Shown: positions 11,080 to 22,290, counted from the first letter of the stretch. The stretch: 36,185 nt of DNA from Octopus bimaculoides (GCF_001194135.2 NC_068986.1:65309751-65345935), one strand, 5' to 3'. Notes: a model not told the origin generated them from the letters alone. Numbers and translations are program-made.

Positions 11080-12830
11080 TTTATGGTCTAATTCTTTCCA
11101 AGTGGTCGACTGATTTGGTCGATATATGAGATGGCTGACCAATTCCCTAACATCAATAGAGGTCTATATCGTGATGATTGTTTACTCTACCTTCAAAATG
11201 CCTCTAACCAAAAATTATAAAAGGTTATGAATAACTTTGTTAAATTTTTTTGAAACATGGGCTTAAGCATGGTTTTTGACGATGATATAACTAAAGCCAA
11301 CTTTTTGGACATTACCCTTAGCGATTCATATTTCCCAAACCATAAACCCTCAACTAATTTAAACTATATTACCTCTTTCAGCAATCACTATAAGGCTATT
11401 ACAAAAAATTTACTTAGGAATATTTCACTTAGACTTTCTAGATTATCTGCTAATGTTGATATCTTCAACGATAAAGGTGAATTTTATAACACTGCCTTAC
11501 TTAAAGCAGGCTATAAAGAAAAAAATACCTATATTAACCCTATTGACGTTAATTCTACCTCTATTAATCAGGATATGAAATCAAGTCATAACGATATTAA
11601 CAATATTAATTTTATTTCGAATTACAACACCAAATCGAGTAATGTAATTCTGCAGCGAAGAGAGATAACTATTAATTAAGACCCTTTTTCGTTATAAAGG
11701 TACATCGAGGACTTTTAAAGATAATAACCCTAAAAACAAGGTATGCCCTAGCAAAACTGTTTAGTTAATAATTCCATATGGTAAGCAGATCAAATCCAAC
11801 CTCCCTTACCAGTTTCGTGAAGCTATAGAAAAGAATTTCCCAAGAAATTCATGATACTATTCAATTATTAATTCACACTGAATCAGGACACAAAACAATC
11901 TTTCACAAATAATAAGTTGTTAAATACAAATCCACTAAATGAAAATAGTAACATTGATTTTGTTAACACTAACCATTCTTTAAATAGTAATAGCAGCGGT
12001 GTTAGTGTTTCTGATGTTGATTCCAATCGTATTCGTTCCTTAGCAGTAATTCTAAGACTAGGAACTCTATTACTTCCGGTTCTGACGTCTTTTTTCATGT
12101 AGGTAGTTCTTCATCTCAGTTGTCCAAAAGAATATCTAATCATTGCTCTACGTTTAGACATATCAATAAACGTAACAATACAGGGATTAGTAAATTGATT
12201 TGGTATCTAAAGGATCATAAAAAACAAATTCATTTGGAATGAAATATGCTATCTATACCTTTTCCGTATGATAAAGGTAAATCTTTTGTCCGCTTTGTAA
12301 CAGTGAAATGTATTTCATCCTGTTCTCAGAAAATCCTCTTGTAAACACGTTTATAGAACGCGTTTATCGTTGTAAACATTGGCAAAAATATACTTTTAGT
12401 TCCTATAAGTGATTTCTACCATTCTATAAAATTCGACCTTTGACTGTCTTCTTACATTTCACTTCCATAAAATATATCTACTTCCATATCTTTAAGCTTT
12501 ATTCATATTCACCTATCGCTCTATATCTCTCCACTATTCGTTTTCTACTAATTTCTTTCGTTCTCCTCCTTCTCATTTTATAAACTACCTTTGACATTAT
12601 ATCGACTAAAGGTTTGTAAAAAAAATCTTGCTAGCGTTCCCTTCATCCTATACGCAGTCATCACATTCTGTTAAAATTATTGATGTGTTTGATTTCTTTC
12701 TTTCCCTGATGAGAAGATTGCGTTGTTTTACACCATTTTATTCCTTCTGGAATAATACCAATATTTTCTTCGAAACATATGCTTTTAACCCAATTTATTT
12801 ATTTATCTATATTATACAAGAACATTTCAC
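11080..12830 (+). mobile_element. Penelope-like retroelement fragment (RT core and thumb, GIY-YIG remnant, 3' region)
   Basis: GLYRDD at 11161-11178. KANFLDITL..PNHKPSTNLNYITSFSNH..ITKNL..SLRLSRLSAN..FYNTALLKAGY is the PLE thumb. HVGSSSSQLSKRISNHCSTFRH..NNTGISKLIWYLKD and CPLCNSEMYFIL..VNT..RCKHWQKY match the C-terminal part of the GIY-YIG endonuclease. Stops and frameshifts throughout. Confidence 0.85.
12700..12792 (+). ncRNA. Degenerate minimal hammerhead-ribozyme-like motif
   Basis: CTGATGA at 12706, GAAGA/TCTTC stem II, then GAAAC-ATAT-G. The cleavage triplet and stem I are not intact. Confidence 0.5.
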
Positions 12831-12951
12831 CTAAACATGGAGTTTCTACCTTTATAAATAGGCCGTTACATCCTTGGTACTTGTGTGAATTTTTGCTACC
12901 CTGGTAACTATTTATTTCTTTTCCGTGTTATTTGTAAACATTGAAAAAATG

Positions 12952-13039
12952 CACACACACAAACACACACACACAGACACACACTGACACACACACACAC
13001 ATACACACACACACACACACACACGCACACAAACATATA
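12952..13039. repeat. (CA)n microsatellite
   Basis: Direct. Confidence 0.95.
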
Positions 13040-14030
13040 TACACTGAGCCGAAAAAGAAACGCGATAAATGCGACTGTGAAATAGATTTTAATTTCATTA
13101 TGCCAGAGATAAATCTTGATAAATCTGATAAAGTCAATTTCTTGGATGCACTTTGACCACAGTCTATAGGTCGTTGTCATGTGTTCTGGTAGTGGGCAGA
13201 TCCAGACATTGACATTGTAGGGTGTGACATGTTCAATACTGTGTATACCCTTCCAGGGTGTTCAAAACGGCCGTACACGTGGCTATGGTGACGCGCGAAG
13301 AAGGGCACCATGTGAGGTCTTAGGATCTGGGCAACGTTGCGGTGCGCTGTGATGTCATTCTCTCTGCCTGCACCAACATTTTAGAACACATGGGGCCCAA
13401 TTCTCTGATTCAGGCCTATAGAACTCAAAACTATGATGCTTTGGCCACCCCACATGTTTCTCTCCATGACATGCNNNNNNNNNNNNNNNNNNNNNNNNNN
13501 NNNNNNNNNNNNNNNNNNNNNNNNNNNNNNNNNNNNNNNNNNNNNNNNNNNNNNNNNNNNNNNNNNNNNNNNNNNNNNNNNNNNNNNNNNNNNNNNNNNN
13601 NNNNNNNNNNNNNNNNNNNNNNNNNNNNNNNNNNNNNNNNNNNNNNNNNNNNNNNNNNNNNNNNNNNNNNNNNNNNNNNNNNNNNNNNNNNNNNNNNNNN
13701 NNNNNNNNNNNNNNNNNNNNNNNNNNNNNNNNNNNNNNNNNNNNNNNNNNNNNNNNNNNNNNNNNNNNNNNNNNNNNNNNNNNNNNNNNNNNNNNNNATC
13801 GCTGTTGCAGGTGACAGATGGTGCTGACATGGACATCGTGAGCTTTCGCAACAACCAGGGCACGCTGCCCTGCTTGCAATCGGCCGATAGCTTGTTCTCT
13901 CTGCGGAGCTGACAATCGGGTCGAATCTGATGCGTCTAAATTACGAATAACAGGGACGCGGTTCAAGTTTATTTTTCTACCCATAACCTCCACGAGGTGC
14001 ACATGCATTTCGGTTTTCCTGACAATTATT
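13040..14030 (-). mobile_element. Tc1-family transposon, internally deleted, one TIR retained
   Basis: TA followed by CACTGAGCCGAAAAAGAAACGCG at 13040. HTH RLSAPQREQAIGRLQAGQRALVVAKAHDVHVSTICHLQQR. VMERNMWGGQSIIV..IGLNQRIGPHVF and RPHMVPFFARHH, then LEGYTQY* with the QDN/SPDLNPIE segment missing. Gap at 13475-13797. Confidence 0.88.
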
Positions 14031-14036
14031 TGCGAC

Positions 14037-16190
14037 TGCCACCCATCCGATTGAAGCAAACCTTTCTCTCTGCAGACGTCTTGGAATAATGGCAATAGTT
14101 ATCCATCACACATTTTCAAAGAGTTGAACGATACTGGCCCTTTGACTTGATGCAGAAGGAGTCTTAAGTAATACAGTTCACCACTTCGTGGAGAAACAAT
14201 ATATACTCGTCCTAAAACGTTCGCCTCAAAAATCCCTGGATACTGGTCAACTCTCTTATCCACCTACCTCATTTTCCATGTCTTGTTACTTCAAGTGTAA
14301 AACCTTAGCACATTGGCATAATACAAAGTTTTTGGAAATGGATCGCGAGCACAAAGATCCATGAACTCAGTGAGAGTTGTCCTATGCATGTTGTTGTTTA
14401 CTGTAACAGCAGTATTGTCCCGAAAGAAGATTTGATTTTCTTCAGGAAGATGAACTTGAAGGCAAACTACAGCTGGTTCCCTCATGAATTGGAAATCCGA
14501 GTACTGAGGCAACAGCTTCTGAAGCACCGATGTATCTTCCTGTTAAATACTGTATTATCTCGTCTTCCCTGTTCACTCCAAACGTTGGATCAATGCCCTT
14601 CAAGGTATATTTGATAACATATTTGATTGATTTGATGGAAGAGCATATCTCTACATTTAAGTGACAGTTAAACAATTTTAATAGTTTCATGTTGTAAGGA
14701 ACCACCCATTGTAAAGTTATATTTCAGCTTCCCCTTCCTTCTTGGTGCCCTGCAAATCCTCCCATTCTTGGAGACCGTCTTTTGTACACTGGATAAGAGC
14801 CCTCTCCACACAATGTATGTTTATTGACAGGTTTAGGGTACCGCTTGCTGCATGTTCCATGTTTCTAAAACGGCGAATTGTAAGAGCAATTGGGACCGTG
14901 GATCATGTGCTTCAGCACCAATTGATGGACTAGGAGGCTTCATTGAGCCATAGCAAACAGTGTACATGGAGAAGACCTCGCTTTTGACCACGCTTCGATG
15001 GTGATGACGTTAGCAATGCACTTGCCAAATAGACCATGTACTCCGGTAAGATAATTCATGAACACTATCCGCTTCAGGTCAAATGCTCTGGCAATTAGAT
15101 CTGGCCTGTCATGCGGCTTCTGATGCAGGAATAGGTTCTGCCGGATTTCAGGCTAGTTTGGATTGCATGTCGTTGTGATGAAGAACAAGGCATTGCCGTA
15201 TTTCCGTATGTTCTATTGCTGGTCTCGGATCGGGATCAATAATAATCGTAGCTTCGGGAATAATTGTAATTCATTTGCCATTCTATATGATGCAATGTAA
15301 GGGTTATATTGTCTGAGTATAATTTCCAATAATTCAATTATGTCGCGCTGAATGCAATCGTTATGGAATATTCTCATCCTTAAATCGCCATTATCCTGAG
15401 GATCCAAGAAGTAAATTTGAGGAATTTGCGGTTGTTCATTGTGATTAGGAGTTTAGGAACCGATATAATAATGAATGTGACCCTGAATAATGATGGAAGG
15501 ATTCCATCCACTCCTTGAGGAACGAACATTTTGGGCCCCCAAAAGATGTCATTTAGAACAGGTAGTTGTCTGGGGTTCTTCCTGAACTCATTTGCAGTAG
15601 GTTGATCAGTAAAGGCTGCAGATTCCCCAGCCTGACTTTTCCATTCATACAGCAAAAGTTAGCAGTTTCACCATGAAAGAGCATTGCATGACAATAGACA
15701 CAGATATTGTTCATCTGTCCAATATCAGCAGATAGGTCACGTCGTTAAACTGTCCTTGCTGTATTCGTAATGGGTTGTCGGGAAAGACGTTCAGATCGCT
15801 GAATGTCCGAATTATGATATCTCATGCTTCTGTATCTGTCCGTCTGTTTCACCAGATGCTCAGCTGTTCGAGCGTCCGATTCATGTTCTCATCTACTTCT
15901 GTCTCTTTCCCTCTGTTCCGCCAGACGCTCAGCTCTCCGAACGTCCGATTCATGCTGTCTCCTGCTTCTTTCTCTTTCCCTCTTTTCTACCAGACGCTCA
16001 GCTCTCCGTGCGTCCGATCCTGATCTCTCCTGCCTCTGTCTCTTTCTCTCCTTTCTGCCAGATGCTCAGCTCTCCGAGCACCCGATTCGTTATGTCGGCT
16101 TCTTAGCCGCCGACATAACGAATCAGACGCTCTCATCGCACTATCTATAGACCAACCAGATGCTTTTTTTTCTTCCTCGTCGAGGCTTGA
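14037..16190 (-). mobile_element. Helitron Rep fragment (N-terminal repeats, Zn-binding motif, HUH Rep domain); helicase absent
   Basis: IGQMNNICVYCHAMLFHGETANFCCMNGKV; CNPN*PEI..HDRPDLIARAF; QKRGLLHVHCLLWL (HUH); VPYNMKLLKLFNCHLNVEICSSIKSIKYVIKYTLKG; YLTGRYIGASEA; LGRVYIVSPRSGELYYLRLLLHQVKGPVSF..VCREKGLL. Confidence 0.93.
15783..16104 (-). repeat. 69-bp coding tandem repeat (about 4.7 units) giving 23-aa STPR-like units
   Basis: Unit starts at 15783, 15852, 15921, 15990 and 16058. Translation ESDARRAERLAEQRERDRSRRQH-like. Confidence 0.85.
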
Positions 16191-16311
16191 TGTAAGAATA
16201 GGATACCTAAATGAATATTCTTTTTAAAATCAGCTTAACTTACGGAATGAAAATGGTCGTTCTAGGCAGAGAGAAATAGAAGGGTAATAACTTCAAACAA
16301 ATAAGAACGCT

Positions 16312-16329
16312 TAGATAGATAAACAGACT

Positions 16330-16382
<53 letters not shown>

Positions 16383-16395
16383 GTAGATAGATAGA
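16312..16395. repeat. (GATA)n microsatellite
   Basis: Direct. Confidence 0.95.
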
Positions 16396-16995
16396 AATAG
16401 AAGAAAATCTGAACCCGATTTTGTAGCTGAACTGACGAAATGAAACTAATATGAGGGAAAGAAGAACACATGCAGCAAGAAAGTGTTTTTGAAAGAAAAT
16501 GAAAAGAAAAAGTTTTCAAGAAATAAAAATTTGAACCTTTTTTTTTTTTAATCTTTTAGCATAACTGACAAAATGAAAGCAATAAGTTAAAACAGATAAG
16601 AAAGCTTGCAGAAAGAAAGTGTTTTTGAAAGAAAACCCTCACCAAAAGCGAAAGAAATAATGTTTATCTTATCTTAAAATCAATAACTGTTCCTGTTCAT
16701 CATGAAGATGTATAATTTTATTGTTACCTCCACTTCTGGTGGTTTTACGAAAAGAGAAATAAAAGGGCAAGAACTCCCTGTTCAGTTGTCTGCTCGGAAT
16801 TTTGTAGGAACTTTCGCCCAGAAACAACGCGTATCTTGGGAACCCGTAGTCCAGTTTACTCAAAACTTGTTTTAATCTGTTTGTATTCACATTTCAGAGA
16901 TACTTTACTTTCAAAGTATTTTCCCATTATGCGCCGGTTTGGCTGTGTAACATTCCAAGCAAGCAAGCAAGCAAGATTGAAGTTCATTTTTAATA

Positions 16996-16997
<2 letters not shown>

Positions 16998-17052
<55 letters not shown>
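16998..17052. repeat. (TA)n run abutting the RTE 3' end (possible tail)
   Basis: Direct. It begins about 23 nt after the RTE stop codon on the minus strand. Confidence 0.9.
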
Positions 17053-17055
<3 letters not shown>

Positions 17056-17870
17056 TGGTTGTCTACTCTTTGTACCTACACCTTAGATCCATCATGGTGT
17101 CTGATGTGGCTTCTTAAACCGGACAATATTTTGAAAAGACATCCACATAGATTGCATATCCGATTTGGACCACCAAGAGCTGAAGTTAAATTATGGTCTT
17201 AGTGGACCTTACAATGTCTTTTGAGACCTCCATTAGAATTGCAGACCTTATGGCATACATGGTATTGAAAGGGTATGCACAGATATATAGGCAAAGTAGT
17301 TGGTGGAGGTTCGTTTTACATGGGTCCTCAAATGAGATTTGATCCCAGCAAAAGAAAAGCATGGTCTGTCACAAACTGTGCACACAAAAAGGTCACTGAG
17401 ATTCACCTTCTCGATCGCAACATTTTCTTTAAGTCTCTCTTGAGTCTTTCATGTATTATCCTGCCTCCTCAACGCCTTCACTCTACTCCACAGTTTTGTT
17501 CACCATCCAGCTCGATCCGAAGCAAGGATTTATAAAGCCTTTGGATCCATTACAAGTGACTTCATGGTAGTCGTTATGCCGTCCTTAAACCTCTTTTTAG
17601 ATTTACACCGATTGCGTTTCCCATCTGCAAGCTTGCCATAAAAAGGTGTTTGGGTGTGAGTTCATCCACCATTCGAACAATATGGCCACGCCATCTCATT
17701 TGGTTTTTCAGAATCATTGATTTAATTGAAATGATGCCTGCAGACGCAGACATCTATGTCTGGGGTAAAAAACAAATCCCCATGAAATGTTTAAAATGCA
17801 GTGAAGGCATTTTTAGTTTCGAAGAGTTAGGGCAGGACGCATTGTTAGAATGGCTCTTCCCACGGACCAC
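17053..17870 (-). mobile_element. RTE-clade LINE 3' end with three C2H2 zinc fingers
   Basis: SMILKNQMRWRGHIVRMVDELTPKHL.YGKLADGKRNRCKSKKRFKD..ASDRAGW is the RTE C-terminal signature. It is followed by three C-x2-C-x12-H-x3-H units at 17382-17320, 17264-17202 (first Cys mutated to Tyr) and 17156-17094, with a stop at 17076-17078. Confidence 0.88.
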
Positions 17871-18214
17871 AAATTAAATTTTACCGTGGAGGAATGTAGT
17901 GGCGGACAGAAAACAAGACAGGAAAACGAAGCAATGAAAATAAACAAGAAAAGCTATACGGCCAGACGTGAAAAAATATGTGTATACTGAACGCTGTGAA
18001 GCAATGAACTGGAAGGAAGAGAGACGAAGAATAGTTCGTGCGAGCATGGTGATGGCCAAGATAAGAAAGGAAGAAGTAGCCGGATACATGTGACCAGCGA
18101 GGGGTAAGGAGAAAGAGTGGTGGAGGGAGAAAAAGGGGAGGAAGTAGAATATAGATGAGCAACGAGAGACAGGGATGAAGGGAGAGATATAGTAGTGAAG
18201 GGAAGAGGCTCTTT

Positions 18215-18559
18215 CTCATCTTGTATGAGGAATACCTAATGTCTTCATACACCACCTGCCTGATAGGAAACTCAGATACTCCCCCATGTCCCTGGCGATG
18301 GACCCGATCGACTTGGAGGCATCGTTGCCAATCATAGCCTAGATCTCACCAATAAATTCAGGAGTTCTTTTCTTATCAGAACGATCAGAGTGAGTTTTCC
18401 GAGCTGCCGTACCTTCGTAATCACCATTAAACTCATTCAGTTCTTTCCGAACCCTCTACACTGTCCTCTGCAGTATTCATATTGGAGCTTCCGGCGTAAA
18501 TGCCAAGTAGTACAGCATGTCGGTTCCAAATTTCTGGCAGAGTGAATTGCACCGTAGTG
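18215..18559 (-). mobile_element. Tc1/mariner superfamily transposase N-terminal fragment, DD37D/maT-like
   Basis: PEIWNRHAVLLGIYAGSSN..RKELNEFNGDYEGTAARKTHSDRSDKKRTPEFIGEI*AMIGNDASKSIGSIARDMG..IRQVVYEDIRYSSYKMRK. The subfamily assignment comes from recalled N-terminal similarity; the catalytic domain is absent. Confidence 0.75.
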
Positions 18560-18800
18560 NNNNNNNNNNNNNNNNNNNNNNNNNNNNNNNNNNNNNNNNN
18601 NNNNNNNNNNNNNNNNNNNNNNNNNNNNNNNNNNNNNNNNNNNNNNNNNNNNNNNNNNNNNNNNNNNNNNNNNNNNNNNNNNNNNNNNNNNNNNNNNNNN
18701 NNNNNNNNNNNNNNNNNNNNNNNNNNNNNNNNNNNNNNNNNNNNNNNNNNNNNNNNNNNNNNNNNNNNNNNNNNNNNNNNNNNNNNNNNNNNNNNNNNNN

Positions 18801-19480
18801 ATATATATGTATGTATGTGTATGTATACAAACACATATGTGTATATGTATATATTTGTGTGTGTATGTGTATTATTGTGTGGTTATATATGTTTATAAAA
18901 TTCAATAAAATATATAGTCTTAACTGTATTAAGCAAACATTTTGTGGCATAAAATATATTTTTTATTTTTTTAATTCAATTTGGTGTACACATATTAAGT
19001 TATATAGCATTGAACTATGTATATTGTGGACTCTAGTAGAATGTTTGCTTGACTATACATTTCTGAGGTATTTTGAGAAATAATTATGTTTATGGATAAA
19101 ATACATATAAATAAAATATATGAATGTATAAATACATGCATATATACAAACACATACACACAGACTCACACACACTCATGTATGTATATATATGTACATA
19201 TCAGCGTGTGCGTGTATATTTTATGTAAATACATATGTTGAATATCTATGCATTATAAATATAATGCATGAGGTATATATGTATTTATATATATATGCGT
19301 GTGTGTGTAATTATATATATGTATATGTATATATGTATAGATGTATATATATATGTTTATATATCTATATATATACATATATACAGTGCATACATGTATA
19401 TACACATATATATATATTTATATATATATATATACATATATATNNNNNNNNNNNNNNNNNNNNNNNNNNNNNNNNNNNAT
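18801..19480. repeat. AT-rich compound microsatellite region
   Basis: Direct: (TA)/(TATG)/(CA) mixtures around gaps. Confidence 0.8.
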
Positions 19481-19723
19481 ACGTACATATTAGCTACTGA
19501 TTCTCTTTCACTTTGAATAGTGTCCAAAATAGACAAAAACCATTATACGTCCGTCGGTAATTTTGCATAAAATATACAATATATATAGTATCAAAGCATG
19601 CCAGGTAGGATCTGCAGACAAAAACTGCTCTGAATACTTAATGCTAACTCAAATATTATTGTTATTCCGTTATTGATTTTATGTACCAGCAAAACTGTTA
19701 CAGCATCATCTGACCAACTAGAT

Positions 19724-19761
<38 letters not shown>

Positions 19762-19771
19762 NNNNNNNNNN

Positions 19772-19803
<32 letters not shown>

Positions 19804-21157
19804 CATACATATGTGTGTGTGAGAGTGCACACAAACACACACACACATATATACTATATAGAATGTAATATACTACATGTATAGATTTTTTTCTATAGTA
19901 CAACACTCTTTATTAATATATAAGCGAGTTCCGTACAATGGTCCTCTGCTCTCGACGATTCGAATATGTAATAACCTTTCAATTACTGCTTTTCTAATTT
20001 CACCTCATATCGTGTAGCTATGACCACAACTGATTTGGTCTCCGGACATTTCATGATTATAAAAATACCGATGATGATGTCAATTGTCTTTGACGATGAC
20101 GCGGTAATTAATTAACAGTCACGAAATATTTTCGCTCATTTTCTCTGTTTTCAGTTGTGGAGAACATGATGGTATTGTAGAAACAATATTATACGCAACA
20201 AAATGCATGTGATGAATCTGTTTTGATATACGTTCGACTCGTAACGAGATCCTCTTTGCCTTCTATTCTTGTAGGGTTCGATAAAATATGTAAGATAGAT
20301 GTACTGATGTCGACAAATGTATAGACATGCATCGCGTATAATTTAGCAGCGGGCATCATATCATCTTAAAGATAAGAAAGAACACGTTAGATACAATGAA
20401 GCAGGCCACAAAAAAAAAAGGCTTGGATCATAGGTTTCCTCATCCTGGGGCTAAAGAGTATCAAGAATTTACAGACAACGTATATTACCATAGCGCTGTA
20501 ATAATTTTCGGTGATAAAATGTTGAAATAACACCTGCTGGAATTATTTCAGATAACTTATGCCACAAATACTCATGAGAATGGCATGAACTTTTTGTGTT
20601 TGAACTAATCTACTCCTAGAAATAATTAATTAGCTGTGTATGGCTTATGTCATAATGCGTTGGTAAGTCCTCAATCCAGCTTCGACTCTCTTATACCAAT
20701 ATAAACTCTCGAGAGATATCAGGCATAATGTTTATGTAATAAATATTTAATATCATGCGGCTTTTAAAAAGCGATGAAAACGGATAAAAAATTCTTACTA
20801 AACCGATTCCGCAAACCGGTCTCGAATCCTGCTGTCATCCCTGGGAAAAATAGGCAAATTTCAAAAACCCGTTTCTATAATATACATCTTAGATTTCAAA
20901 ACTATTTCAGAAATATATCAGAATGCATTAATAACGGGTATAATCGATGAGTTCTGATGTATGATATATATCGGGTGATTTAAACGATTAAATTTGGGAC
21001 GAAGAAATGGATTAGCTGAGCTCAGCAAGATTTACTGTCTGAATATTAAAGTGGTGAAATATCTATAAAATACTCAGTCAGTTACTCCTTACTCCACAAT
21101 AACATGAAAACGTGCAATAGCGAGTACAAAACATAGGTTTTGTACTGTATATATGCG

Positions 21158-21193
21158 TATGTATGTATGTATGTATGCATGCATGTATGTATG

Positions 21194-21227
<34 letters not shown>

Positions 21228-21237
21228 TGTATATATG

Positions 21238-21271
<34 letters not shown>

Positions 21272-21282
21272 TGTATGTATGT
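21158..21282. repeat. (TATG)n microsatellite
   Basis: Direct. Confidence 0.95.
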
Positions 21283-21914
21283 AGTCAATTCAAAGAACAA
21301 GCAATTAAAAAAACAGAAAAAAACTTTTTTAAATGAACGTGTGAATGTGCACAAGCAATATATTAATTTGACTCTGGTTGAAAGTTGTTAATGTTTTGAG
21401 CATAGCTCTTCGTCAGAAAGATGTAAGTCCAAAGAGAAAGAAGGAAAGTGTAAGTCAAATGGCTTGTTGCATATAATAACAGTAAAGATACTGATATCGA
21501 TAGAGAATGTCATTAGTAAAATTATAATAGATATATCTATAAGATCGAGCAATTTCATTCTTTTCTTCATAACTGTAAAATACTGTTATAAACTACTTAA
21601 CTTTTCTGAGCGACAGGGATTGCACCGTTTCAGATTATTAATGAAGAGAACACGACTGCTATAATGGATCAATCAATTTTGTACTTTTAAATTTCTTTAT
21701 ATATTTCGATAATTAAATGGCAATTTGTCAGGTGCAGCACGAAGTTTTGTCAGTGAATAGGTCGCGGTTTCAAAGCGACGAAAATATTTTGACATAAATT
21801 AAATTTAACTAACGGTTTTTGTATGTTCTTACAAACATCTTCCACGCTGCAATTGTTTTGTTTCAACACACGACCTCAGATCGCTTCACCTGCTATGCAA
21901 GCACATCTCCGTAA

Positions 21915-21947
21915 TATATATATCGAATATATCATATATATAAAATG

Positions 21948-21991
<44 letters not shown>

Positions 21992-22161
21992 NNNNNNNNN
22001 NNNNNNNNNNNNNNNNNNNNNNNNNNNNNNNNNNNNNNNNNNNNNNNNNNNNNNNNNNNNNNNNNNNNNNNNNNNNNNNNNNNNNNNNNNNNNNNNNNNN
22101 NNNNNNNNNNNNNNNNNNNNNNNNNNTATACCTACATACATACATACATACACACACACAT

Positions 22162-22192
<31 letters not shown>

Positions 22193-22198
22193 CACACT

Positions 22199-22230
<32 letters not shown>

Positions 22231-22290
22231 CATATATACGTATGTGTGCGTGAAAGAGAGAGAGAGGGAGTGTGAGAGAGAGACAGACAA
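21915..22290. repeat. (TA)n / gap / (CA)n / (GA)n compound microsatellite
   Basis: Direct. Confidence 0.9.

Noticed and set aside
15783-16104. Regularly spaced repeats as a CRISPR array
   Set aside because: Eukaryotic context, contiguous units without unique spacers, and coding in frame with Helitron Rep.
16478-16635. 22-bp exact direct repeat AGAAAGTGTTTTTGAAAGAAAA at 16478 and 16614
   Set aside because: Low-complexity A/T-rich sequence, with no element recognisable between the copies.
16669-16890. ORF SKLDYGFPRYALFLGESSYKIPSRQ
   Set aside because: No recognisable domain and no good acceptor.
21388-21570. Hydrophobic ORF MKKRMKLLDLIDISIIILLM and GTAAGT sites
   Set aside because: AT-rich DNA yields such frames by chance, and no coherent exon structure is present.
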